A DNA stretch of 32,000 bases from Desulfobulbus propionicus DSM 2032. Its GTDB lineage: Bacteria; Desulfobacterota; Desulfobulbia; Desulfobulbales; Desulfobulbaceae. A program made the position numbers and the translations under genes. Every line of letters starts with the position of its first letter. Within the stretch, counting starts at the first letter, position 1. The stretch is taken from contig NC_014972.1 of assembly GCF_000186885.1 (NCBI RefSeq), positions 3,330,001-3,362,000 of the forward strand. Direction: 5' to 3'. This document shows, piece after piece, positions 11,765 to 20,309 of the stretch. Under the pieces are notes generated by a model. It was not told where the DNA came from, ran no database searches, and saw only the letters and a program-made list of their open reading frames with translations.

Positions 11765-14593
11765 ATGAAAAACAGATTTTTTCAGCTCGCCATCCGCAAC
11801 AAACTCTACGTGATCGTGCTCCTCTCCTGCACCATCGCCCTGGTGCTGGTCATGCTGGCATCCTTTGCCACCCAGTGGTATCTGGTCCGCAAACAACTGG
11901 CCGATGAGGTGCAAACCCTGGCCATGGTCATCGCGGAAAACAGCAGTGCCGGCATCGCCTTCGAGGATCGCGAGGCCCTCCAGATCATCCTCCGCTCCCT
12001 GGCCGCCAAGCCCAACATCGTGGCCGGACGGATATTGAACGCCAAGGGGGAACTGTACGCCGAATATGCGCGCGCCGATCAAGCCGTCATTCCCGGCCCC
12101 CCAGAGGGCATCCCCTCGGGGCTGGCCTTGGGGGCGTTCCGGTTCCATGGCCGCCACGCGGAAATCTTGCAGCCGGTCACCCTGGAACAGGAAGCGATTG
12201 GCGCGGTTTTCCTGATGGTCAGCCTGGAGGAAATCAACCGTAATCTCCTGCGGTTGGCCGGCTTGATGGTCGTCATGCTGCTGTTGGGGCTCGGCATGGC
12301 GATGCTGTTTTCCCGGCGGCTGCTGCAAGTCATCATCGAACCCATCAGCACGCTTTCCCAGGTGATGGGCGTGATCTCCCGCGACCAGGATTACACCGTC
12401 CGTTCGCCGGTCCGCAGCACGGACGAATTGGGGCTGCTGTCCACCGGCTTCAATACCATGATCGCCCAGATCCAGCAGCGCGACCTCTATCTCGAGGAAC
12501 AGGTGGAGCAGCGGACCCGCGACCTGCTCGCGGCCAAGGAGGCCGCCGAGGCCGCCAACCAGGCCAAGAGCCTTTTTCTTGCCAACATGAGCCATGAGAT
12601 TCGCACGCCGATGAACGCCATCATCGGCATGACCCGGCTGGCCCTGGACAATCGGCCGGAACCCGGCCAGCGTAAATTACTGCAGACCGTGAAGGATTCG
12701 GCCGACAGCCTGCTTGGCATCCTCAACGATATTCTCGATTTCTCCAAGATCGAGGCCGGCCAGCTGCTGCTCAGCAAAAAACCGTTCGTCCTCGGGCAGC
12801 TCATGGAAACCATGATCTCGGCCTTGAAGGTCCCCGCCGCTGAGAAAGGCCTGACCCTGGAGTACAGCATCTCCCCTGACCTGCCGGCGGTGATCATCGG
12901 CGACGATCTGCGCCTGCGACAGATCTTTTTCAATCTCGTGGGCAATGCCATCAAGTTTACCGAGACCGGCGGGGTGACGGTCAGCATCGAGCCGGTGTCC
13001 GATGGCCCGCCCCAGCAAGGCTGCCTGCTCCATTGCCGCGTCCGCGACAGCGGCATCGGTATCCCCAAGGAACAGCAGGAGCGGATCTTCAACACCTTTG
13101 AACAGGCTGACGGCTCCTCGGTCCGCAAGTACGGCGGCACCGGCCTGGGCCTGACGATCAGCAGGCAACTGACCGAAATGATGGGCGGCCGCATGTGGGT
13201 GGAGAGCGAACCCGGAGTCGGCAGCACCTTTCATTTCACCGTCTGCCTGGAACAGGGAGAAGAGGCGGCGATGACCGCGTTGCCCAACGACCGTTTGGCG
13301 GCGCGGCGCATAACCGGCCTCCGCCTTCTGGTGGTGGATGACAACGAGATCAACCGTGACCTGGCGCGAATGGTTCTGGAACGGGATCATCGGGTGCTGA
13401 CCGCGGAACAGGGCCTCGCCGGCCTGCGGACACTGGCGGAAGCGGAGGCGGTTGACGTGGTGCTGATGGATGTGCAGATGCCGGTCATGGATGGACTCAC
13501 CGCCACCCGCATCATCCGGGCCATCGAACAGGGACAGCCACCGCCCCTGGAACTGACGGACGCTCTGCACCAGGCCTTGGACAAGCGACTGCGCGGCGCC
13601 CACCTGCCCATCATCGCCATGACCGCCCATGCCATGGGCGGTGATCAGGAGAGGTGCCTGGCAGCCGGCATGGATGAGTATGTGACCAAACCCTTTCAAC
13701 CGGAACAGCTCGCCGATGCCTTGATGGCCATCAACGGAGTGGATGCGGGCAGATGGCTCGTCCCGGACGGCGATCATCCACCCGCCCCGGCCGAGGAACC
13801 CGAAGCGCAGGCGGCCCCCACCGCGCCGGCTAGCGTAGAACTGGTCCGCTCCTATCTACACGCCACGGCCAATTTTTCCCTGGAACAGGTGGAACGGCTG
13901 GTGCAAACGTCGCGTCGAAGCGTGACCAGCCTGCTGGCCAGTTGCGACCGGTCCCTGCGCGATGGCGATTTTCAGGAATTGGGATTGGCGGCCCACACCC
14001 TCAAGGGCACCCTGTTGCAGTGCGGGCTTGCCGGATGGGCCCAACGGGCGCAGTCGCTCTTTGCCCATGCCAAACATGAGAGCGAAGCGGAGGCGAAAGA
14101 GGTCTTGAACGAGCTGCGTCTTGCCCTTGTTGCCCTGGTCATGACCGAGGAGCAGCCCCTGGCCGCAAGAACCGGGGAGAACGGAGGGAGCGGACCGCAT
14201 GACCGCCGTCATCGCGGCCGCATCCTGGCGATGGATGACGAGGAGGTCATCCGCGAGGTGATCGGCGGCATGTTTCATTATCTGGGCGCAGCCTGCGATC
14301 TCGCCGCCTCTGGCGAAGAAGGGCTGGAACTGTACAGCCAGTCGCTGGCCAACGGCCAACCCTACGACCTGGTCATGACCGATCTTCAGGTTGCCGAAGG
14401 CATGGGTGGGATGGACATGGCGCAGGAGATTCTCGCACGGGACCCCACGGCCAGGATCGTGGTATCCAGCGCCGATTCCCAGGACCCGGTGATGCGGCGC
14501 TATACCGAGTACGGATTTGTCGGCAGGGTGAAAAAACCGTACTCGGTGCAGAGCCTGGCGGCCCTGCTGGAAGAAATGCTGGGCAAACCCTAG
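11765..14593 (+). CDS. Hybrid sensor histidine kinase: TM/periplasmic sensor, HAMP, HisKA, HATPase, REC, HPt, REC
   Basis: H-box [19 protein letters not shown] box [20 protein letters not shown] boxes DSGIGIP and [18 protein letters not shown]...[12 protein letters not shown]...EYVTKPF, HPt [10 protein letters not shown], second [11 protein letters not shown]...VMTDLQ...VKKPY. Confidence 0.93.
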   Translation: MKNRFFQLAIRNKLYVIVLLSCTIALVLVMLASFATQWYLVRKQLADEVQTLAMVIAENSSAGIAFEDREALQIILRSLAAKPNIVAGRILNAKGELYAEYARADQAVIPGPPEGIPSGLALGAFRFHGRHAEILQPVTLEQEAIGAVFLMVSLEEINRNLLRLAGLMVVMLLLGLGMAMLFSRRLLQVIIEPISTLSQVMGVISRDQDYTVRSPVRSTDELGLLSTGFNTMIAQIQQRDLYLEEQVEQRTRDLLAAKEAAEAANQAKSLFLANMSHEIRTPMNAIIGMTRLALDNRPEPGQRKLLQTVKDSADSLLGILNDILDFSKIEAGQLLLSKKPFVLGQLMETMISALKVPAAEKGLTLEYSISPDLPAVIIGDDLRLRQIFFNLVGNAIKFTETGGVTVSIEPVSDGPPQQGCLLHCRVRDSGIGIPKEQQERIFNTFEQADGSSVRKYGGTGLGLTISRQLTEMMGGRMWVESEPGVGSTFHFTVCLEQGEEAAMTALPNDRLAARRITGLRLLVVDDNEINRDLARMVLERDHRVLTAEQGLAGLRTLAEAEAVDVVLMDVQMPVMDGLTATRIIRAIEQGQPPPLELTDALHQALDKRLRGAHLPIIAMTAHAMGGDQERCLAAGMDEYVTKPFQPEQLADALMAINGVDAGRWLVPDGDHPPAPAEEPEAQAAPTAPASVELVRSYLHATANFSLEQVERLVQTSRRSVTSLLASCDRSLRDGDFQELGLAAHTLKGTLLQCGLAGWAQRAQSLFAHAKHESEAEAKEVLNELRLALVALVMTEEQPLAARTGENGGSGPHDRRHRGRILAMDDEEVIREVIGGMFHYLGAACDLAASGEEGLELYSQSLANGQPYDLVMTDLQVAEGMGGMDMAQEILARDPTARIVVSSADSQDPVMRRYTEYGFVGRVKKPYSVQSLAALLEEMLGKP

Positions 14594-14620
14594 CGGTCTA
14601 ACCGCGGAACGCCCCTTCCA

Positions 14621-14962
14621 TCAGCCTGGCGGCCAGGCCATGTTGCGGCCGCCGAGGATGTGCATGTGCAGATGAAACACAGTCTGTCCCGCCTGCGAGC
14701 CGTTGTTGAACACCACCCGATAGTGCGGCACCCCTTCCTTGACGGCGATCTCGTTGCCGATCCGCATCAGTTTACCGACGATGCGTTCGTCTTCCCCGGT
14801 CACCGCCGACGGGCCGCTGAGGTGCTTTTTCGGGATCACCAGAAAATGAACCGGCGCCTGGGGAGCGATGTCGCGGAAGGCAAGCACCTCGTCGTCTTCA
14901 TAGAGTTTGCTGGCCGGGATTTCTCCCCGGACAATTTTGCAGAACAGACAGTTGTCAGGCAT
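14621..14962 (-). CDS. HIT (histidine triad) family protein, HinT-like
   Basis: CLFCKIVRGEIPASKLYEDDEVLAFRDIAPQAPVHFLVIPKKH and the HIT motif VFHLHMHILGG. Confidence 0.95.
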   Translation of the reverse strand: MPDNCLFCKIVRGEIPASKLYEDDEVLAFRDIAPQAPVHFLVIPKKHLSGPSAVTGEDERIVGKLMRIGNEIAVKEGVPHYRVVFNNGSQAGQTVFHLHMHILGGRNMAWPPG

Positions 14963-14994
14963 GGCGGACCTCGTGTGCGAAGGAAGGGCCGGGG

Positions 14995-15624
14995 CTACCG
15001 AGGGGTGCCGACCCGGGGAAGCAGGTGAAAGACCAAGGCATTGTTCACTCCCGCGATCTTCACCGGATCCATGGCAATGGGGATGGACTTGGAACCGACC
15101 CGGAGGTTGATCATCTCCAAGGCATCGAGATCGACCATATATTCCCGCCCGCCCAGGGCACCGAGCAGGGGGGCGAGCCCGTCCTCGGGGTTGCCGCCGT
15201 TCTGGGCCGTGTCGGTGAAGCGGGGAGTGACGTACAATTTTTTCTTGCCCGGATCAAACCGGGTCTGCAGGTCGCAGGTCATGGGCAGATGGACCTCGCC
15301 GACCCTGAGTTGGATATCCTGACCGGCCAGACGGGTGGTCACCATCAGATTCCTGCCGGAGAGCACGCCGCGCACGGTGATGATGTTGTCATGAATCGCC
15401 AGGCGGTCCAGGGATTCCAGAATGATGTCGCCCTGCAGCTGCCGGCTCTGCGACGGGATGTCCAACGGCAGCACCTTTTGCAGGGAGGTCAGCACGGTTT
15501 CCGCGGGCAGGGTGATGACGATATTTTTGGTTTGGGGTCCGCCGGCCGCGCCCCTGGCTGCCAGGGGCAGAAGGCACAGCGCGACCAGCAGGCCGATGAG
15601 GGAAAGCGTTTTTTTATTGACCAT
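14995..15624 (-). CDS. Exported hypothetical protein
   Basis: Start at MVNKKTLSLIGLLVALCLLPLAARGA (15624) gives a clear signal peptide; the remainder is beta-rich with no family I can name. Confidence 0.7.
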   Translation of the reverse strand: MVNKKTLSLIGLLVALCLLPLAARGAAGGPQTKNIVITLPAETVLTSLQKVLPLDIPSQSRQLQGDIILESLDRLAIHDNIITVRGVLSGRNLMVTTRLAGQDIQLRVGEVHLPMTCDLQTRFDPGKKKLYVTPRFTDTAQNGGNPEDGLAPLLGALGGREYMVDLDALEMINLRVGSKSIPIAMDPVKIAGVNNALVFHLLPRVGTPR

Positions 15625-15849
15625 GGCGGGAAAACAAGAAAGATTGTCGGCTTGGCCGCCGGTTGTGCCTATGTGCAAGGAAAGCGGCGACGCGTGAGCG
15701 GATTGGCTGAAAAGGAAAAAGTGGCATTGCTGGACCTCGGCCACCTGGATTCGATTCGAAAGGAAACGTATCAAAATGCTCTATTTTCACGCCCCTGTCA
15801 AGGCGGACAACAAGAAAAAGTCCGAGTTCCCGCCACCTCCTGCCCGTCC

Positions 15850-17229
15850 ATGACCGCAGACGCCCGCCCTTCCCTTGTGCCGCTGCAACTTACCGTGGAC
15901 CGGGAATGCCGCCTCGCCGGGGCCTCCCCCGCGCTGCTCGCCGCCCTCAAGGCGGAATTGACCATCGACAACCCCAAATACCAGGCGGCGAAACAGTTTG
16001 GCCGCTGGATCGGCAAACAGCTCAAACCCAAACTCTTTTTCTTCCGTCAACAGGACGACGGCATCTGCTTTCCGCGCGGTTTCGGCAACCAGGCGGTACG
16101 GATCTGCCGCCGGGTAAGCGGTGAAACACCCGAAGTCGTCGACCACCGCCGCACCCTGGACGAAATCGACCTGGCTTTCCGGGGAACGCTCCGTCCCTAC
16201 CAGGAGCAGGCGGTGGCGACTATCCTGGACCACTCGTTCGGCGTGCTCGAGGCCGGCACCGGCTCCGGCAAGACGGTCATGGCCCTGGCGGTGATGGCCC
16301 GCCGCAGGCAGCCGGCCCTGATTCTGGTGCACAACAAGGAGCTGCTGCGCCAGTGGCAGCAACGGATAGAACAGTTTCTCGGTGTCGAGGCCGGCCAGGC
16401 CGGAGACGGGGTATTCGACATCCGCCCCATCACCGTGGCCATTGTCAATACCGCGAAAAAACATCTGCACACCCTGCCCGGGCAGTTCGGTCAGCTAGTG
16501 GTCGACGAGTGCCACCGGGTTCCTGCCAGTCTGTTCACCGATGTGGTGTCGGCCTTTGATTGCCGCTACATGCTGGGCCTCTCGGCCACGGCTTTCCGGC
16601 GGGAAGACGGCATGACCCGGTTGATCCACATCTATATGGGCGACCGGGTGCATGCGGTGGACGGGCGCATGCTGGCCGCCAGCGGCGCGGTGGTCCGACC
16701 GGAGCTTGAGCAGCGGCCGACCGGATTCCTCTACGGCTATCAGGGCGAATATCCAAAACTGATCAAGGCCTTGGCCGGCAACCTTCAGCGCAACCGATTG
16801 ATTGTCGACGACATCCTTGCCCTGATCCGCCACGGCCATCGGGGCACGATCCTGGTGGTTTCCGATCGCGTGGCGCACTGCCAGGCCCTGGCCGATCTGC
16901 TCCAGGCTGGCGGCGTGATTGCGCCGGTGCTGACCGGCCAGTCTCCTCCGGAAACACGGGCCGACTTGGTGGCCGATGTTCAGGCCGGCAAGGTGGCGGT
17001 GCTGGTGGCCACCCTGCAGCTGATCGGCGAGGGGTTTGACTGCCCAGGCCTGTCCACCCTGATCCTGGCCACCCCGATCAAATTCGAGGGCAGGTTGCTG
17101 CAGGTGGTTGGCCGGATCATGCGGCCCGCCGTGGGCAAACGCGCCCGGGTGATCGACTATGTCGATGAAAACATACCGGTCCTGCGGCGCTCGGCAGCGG
17201 CCCGCCGAGCGGTTTTTTCGGGATGGTGA
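15850..17229 (+). CDS. DEAD/DEAH superfamily-2 helicase (XPB/type III Res-like)
   Basis: Walker A GVLEAGTGSGKTVMALAV, DECHR box (LVVDECHRVP), motif III-like GLSATAFR, motif VI (GRLLQVVGRIMRP). Start set at MTADARPSLVPLQLTVDREC (15850); the upstream track extension overlaps the antisense exported gene and looks non-coding. Confidence 0.85.
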   Translation: MTADARPSLVPLQLTVDRECRLAGASPALLAALKAELTIDNPKYQAAKQFGRWIGKQLKPKLFFFRQQDDGICFPRGFGNQAVRICRRVSGETPEVVDHRRTLDEIDLAFRGTLRPYQEQAVATILDHSFGVLEAGTGSGKTVMALAVMARRRQPALILVHNKELLRQWQQRIEQFLGVEAGQAGDGVFDIRPITVAIVNTAKKHLHTLPGQFGQLVVDECHRVPASLFTDVVSAFDCRYMLGLSATAFRREDGMTRLIHIYMGDRVHAVDGRMLAASGAVVRPELEQRPTGFLYGYQGEYPKLIKALAGNLQRNRLIVDDILALIRHGHRGTILVVSDRVAHCQALADLLQAGGVIAPVLTGQSPPETRADLVADVQAGKVAVLVATLQLIGEGFDCPGLSTLILATPIKFEGRLLQVVGRIMRPAVGKRARVIDYVDENIPVLRRSAAARRAVFSGW

Positions 17230-17444
17230 CCGGTCCGACCATCAATCTCCTTGTCTTTTTGTTCTTCTTCCTGTAGATATAACCTCTTTTTTATCTCAGC
17301 TCGCCCGAAGACCGGCCAATCCGTGCCGATCACCCTGCCGGTGTTCGCGCGGCGCTTACCGCTATCGCCTATTGTCCCAAGCTTTCCGGCAACTCGTCTT
17401 GTTTAATCATCACCACACATGCCCCATCCAGGGGCGGGAGCAGT

Positions 17445-19244
17445 ATGGATCAGCAGTTTATTCGTAACGTCGCCATTATCGCCCATGTTGACCATGGAAA
17501 AACAACCCTTGTCGATCAGTTGTTCCGCCACAGCGGCATGTTCCGCGACAATCAGCAGGTGGCGGAACGGTTGATGGACTCCATGGATCTGGAACGCGAG
17601 CGGGGCATCACCATTGCCTCGAAAAACGGTTCCTACACCTATGGCGACTACCAGATCAACATCATCGACACCCCGGGCCATGCCGACTTCGGCGGCCAGG
17701 TGGAACGGGTGCTGCGCATGGCCGACGGCGCGGTCCTGCTGGTCGATGCCCAGGAAGGTCCCATGCCCCAGACCTTTTTCGTGGTCAAGAAGGCCCTGGC
17801 CGCCGGCCTGCCCATCCTGGTGGTGATCAACAAGATCGACAAGCCAGCGGCGCGCTGCGACTGGGCGGTGGATCAGGTTTTCGGCCTGCTGGACCGCCTC
17901 GACGCTCCGGATCACATCCTCGATTTTCCGGTGGTCTACGCCTCGGCCAAGGCCGGCTACGCCATTGCCGAGCCGGATACCGAGGTTACGCCGGAAACCG
18001 GCATGCGCGCGGTATCGGAGATGATCATCAAGCACGTGCCACCGCCCTCGGGCAGCCCGAACGCGCCGTTGCAGCTGCAGATCAACACCATCGACTACTC
18101 GCCCTACCTCGGCCGCCTGGGCATCGGCAAGATCGTCAACGGCAGCCTCACCCTGCGGACCCCGCTGGCGGTGGCCCGCCTCGACGGCTCGATCGCCCCG
18201 GTGCGCATCAACAAGATCTTCGGCTACTGCGGCGATCAGAAGGTGCCGGTGGACAGTGCCTCGGTGGGCGATATCATCGCCGTGGCCGGCATGGAGGATG
18301 TAACGGTCGGCGTCACCTTCACCGATCCCGCCGATCCCCGTCCCCTGCCGCTGATCGAGATCGACCCGCCGACCATCTCGATGAATTTCATCCCCAACGA
18401 CTCCCCTTTTGCCGGTCAGGACGGCAAATACGTCACCTCCCGCCACCTGGAGGAGCGTCTGTCCCGCGAGACCCTGGCCGATGTGGCCCTGCAGGTCGAA
18501 CCCCTGACCGAGGGCATCGGTTACCGGGTCTCCGGCCGCGGCGAGCTGCATCTGTCCATCCTCATTGAAAAGATGCGACGGGAGGAGTATGAATTCCAGG
18601 TAACCCGGCCGCAGGTGATCATGCGCGAAATCGACGGTCAGTTGATGGAACCCTATGAAGAGCTGTCGGTCGACGTAGACGAGCAGTTCCAGGGCGTGGT
18701 CATCGAAAAATTGGGCAAGCTCAAGGGCGTGCTGCTCGACATGCAGGTGGACAAGGAAATGACCCGGATGAAGTTCAAGGTGCCCACCCGGGGACTGCTT
18801 GGCTACCGCTCGGTGTTCATGACCGATACCCGCGGCATGGGGGTGATGAACTACATCTTTGCCGAATGGGGGCCCCATGCCGGCGAGATCCAAAACCGGA
18901 TCAACGGGGTGATGATCGTCAAGGAACCCTGCACCACCGTGGCCTATGCCCTGTTCAATCTCCAGGATCGCGGCCGGTTGTTCCTCGGCCCGGGGGTCGA
19001 TGTCTATCCGGGGATGATCATCGGCGAGCACTGCCGACCGGCCGACCTGATCGTCAACCCGGCCAAAGGCAAGAAGTTGACCAACATGCGCGCCTCGGGT
19101 TCGGACGAAGCGGTGATCCTCACCCCGCCGGTTGACATGAGCCTGGAAGACTGCATATCGTACATCAATGATGACGAACTGGTGGAAATCACCCCCAAGG
19201 CCATTCGCCTGCGCAAGCGCAAGGACGCCAAGATTCGGGGGTAG
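17445..19244 (+). CDS. typA: Ribosome-associated GTPase TypA/BipA
   Basis: IRNVAIIAHVDHGKTTLVDQLFRHSG, RGITIASKN, IIDTPGHADFGGQVERVL, NKIDKPAAR, C-terminal BipA domain (RASGSDEAVILTPPVDMSLEDCISYINDDELVEITPKAIRLRKR). Confidence 0.97.
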   Translation: MDQQFIRNVAIIAHVDHGKTTLVDQLFRHSGMFRDNQQVAERLMDSMDLERERGITIASKNGSYTYGDYQINIIDTPGHADFGGQVERVLRMADGAVLLVDAQEGPMPQTFFVVKKALAAGLPILVVINKIDKPAARCDWAVDQVFGLLDRLDAPDHILDFPVVYASAKAGYAIAEPDTEVTPETGMRAVSEMIIKHVPPPSGSPNAPLQLQINTIDYSPYLGRLGIGKIVNGSLTLRTPLAVARLDGSIAPVRINKIFGYCGDQKVPVDSASVGDIIAVAGMEDVTVGVTFTDPADPRPLPLIEIDPPTISMNFIPNDSPFAGQDGKYVTSRHLEERLSRETLADVALQVEPLTEGIGYRVSGRGELHLSILIEKMRREEYEFQVTRPQVIMREIDGQLMEPYEELSVDVDEQFQGVVIEKLGKLKGVLLDMQVDKEMTRMKFKVPTRGLLGYRSVFMTDTRGMGVMNYIFAEWGPHAGEIQNRINGVMIVKEPCTTVAYALFNLQDRGRLFLGPGVDVYPGMIIGEHCRPADLIVNPAKGKKLTNMRASGSDEAVILTPPVDMSLEDCISYINDDELVEITPKAIRLRKRKDAKIRG

Positions 19245-19268
19245 CCTCTGCCCCCGCAGGGAGGAGGC

Positions 19269-19430
19269 ATGAAGGAACTGCTGCTGATCGGCGTGGCCCT
19301 CGCGGCCGGATTGGTCACCTTGGCGGTGCTTGTGCGCCGTTCAGGCGGCGACTGTATTCCCTGACTGCTGTTGTACGGCTCCGTGGGCGCGGGGCTCGTC
19401 ACCTATGCGGTCCTCAAGGCCCTGTTCTGA
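19269..19430 (+). CDS. Candidate small two-TM selenoprotein (CxxU motif; in-frame TGA at 19362-19364 read as Sec)
   Basis: Strong SD (AGGGAGGAGGC) then ATG; translation MKELLLIGVALAAGLVTLAVLVRRSGGDCIP-U-LLLYGSVGAGLVTYAVLKALF-stop(19428-19430). The TGA is in CxxU context with a bSECIS-like hairpin downstream and hydrophobic, TM1-like sequence after it. Not in the supplied ORF track. Confidence 0.6.
19375..19399 (+). promoter_or_regulatory. Putative bacterial SECIS element
   Basis: ACG-GCUCC / loop GUGGGCGC / GGGGC-(u)-CGU: 8 bp (one G-U) with one bulge; stem starts 10 nt after the TGA; apical loop begins with GU at +22/+23 counting U of UGA as +1. Confidence 0.5.
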
Positions 19431-19443
19431 CGGGGGGAGAAAA

Positions 19444-20292
19444 ATGGCTGTGCACAACACATCCGAACCCTTGCTGCCGGTGGACGACCCGGTCGCCCTG
19501 ATCCGCTCCCGAATCAAGGAAAAACGCATCTTCGAAGCCCGTTTCCTGTGCAGGCAACTGGTGGACGAAATGGGGCCGGAGGAAAAAACCGCCCTGGAAC
19601 GGGAGCTCAACGGCATGCTGACCCAGGTGGGTCACCTTCGGCAACAGGCGAGAAGCTTCCTGGACGAAGGCCGGCATGATCGCGCCGTGGCCCTGTACAA
19701 CGAAATGGAAACGATCGCCATTGATGTGCCAGGCGTGGCTGAGGAAAAAAGGGCACTGGCGGAAACTGAAGCGCTGGCCGCCAAGATCGGCGCCAAGGGC
19801 ACGGTGTCGAACCCCCCGCCCCCAACCGCCGGTCCCGCCGTTGAGGAGGACACGACAACGGAAGCGCCTGGGCCCATCAATGAACCCGAACCGGTTCCTC
19901 TCGAGCAACCGGCAGCTTCACAACGGCGCTGGCCGTCTTCACGCATTGTTCTGCCGGTTGCCGCGGTGATTCTGTTGATCCTCTTGGCCTTGCTGTGGAG
20001 AGCGTGGACAGACCAGAACAGTTCTCCGCCCGCACCTCCACCCACGGCGCAGCAGATTCGGATTCAGCCGCTGGCCGAGCCTGTCGATGCTCCGACGCCT
20101 CCACAGGACTCTTCTCCCCCCCTTCCGGAGGGCAGCGAGCAGGTACCTGCGACTGACGAACCAGCCCCAGCGGAACCGGCCAATCCTCCTCCGCCCGACC
20201 AAGAACCGACAGTCAGCCCCGCCGACGATACCGCTGTTCCGCCCTCGCTGCACCTGGGCACCTTGCAGGTGGCGCCATCCGGGGACAAATAA
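19444..20292 (+). CDS. Hypothetical single-TM protein with helical/TPR-like N-terminus and Pro-rich C-terminal region
   Basis: ATG 19444 preceded by GGGGGGAG; N-terminal helical segment (IRSRIKEKRIFEARFLCRQLVDEMGPEEKTALERELN), TM (IVLPVAAVILLILLALLW), long Pro-rich tail. Confidence 0.75.
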   Translation: MAVHNTSEPLLPVDDPVALIRSRIKEKRIFEARFLCRQLVDEMGPEEKTALERELNGMLTQVGHLRQQARSFLDEGRHDRAVALYNEMETIAIDVPGVAEEKRALAETEALAAKIGAKGTVSNPPPPTAGPAVEEDTTTEAPGPINEPEPVPLEQPAASQRRWPSSRIVLPVAAVILLILLALLWRAWTDQNSSPPAPPPTAQQIRIQPLAEPVDAPTPPQDSSPPLPEGSEQVPATDEPAPAEPANPPPPDQEPTVSPADDTAVPPSLHLGTLQVAPSGDK

Positions 20293-20309
20293 AGTCTGTC
20301 GCCCTCTAT

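Noticed and set aside
11336-12595. 419-aa minus-strand ORF antisense to yfiR-like/kinase region
   Set aside because: Spans the junction of two well-supported plus-strand genes; composition only.
15025-15849. N-terminal extension of the helicase ORF
   Set aside because: Overlaps antisense to an exported protein with a convincing signal peptide; the low-quality shadow sequence ends before MTADARPSLVPL.
17403-19031. 542-aa minus-strand ORF antisense to typA
   Set aside because: Shadow frame of the strongly conserved typA gene with no domain signatures.
19362-19364. TGA as a simple stop giving a 31-aa single-TM peptide
   Set aside because: Not fully excluded. Cys at -3, a downstream hairpin with GU at the loop start, duplicated TM-like sequence after the TGA and the tight fit to the next gene make Sec recoding the better explanation pending comparative data.
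19330-19443. Upstream extension (MCAVQAATVFPDCC...) of the 19444 gene
   Set aside because: Reads through the candidate selenoprotein in another frame; ATG 19444 has its own G-rich SD and begins the coding-like sequence.
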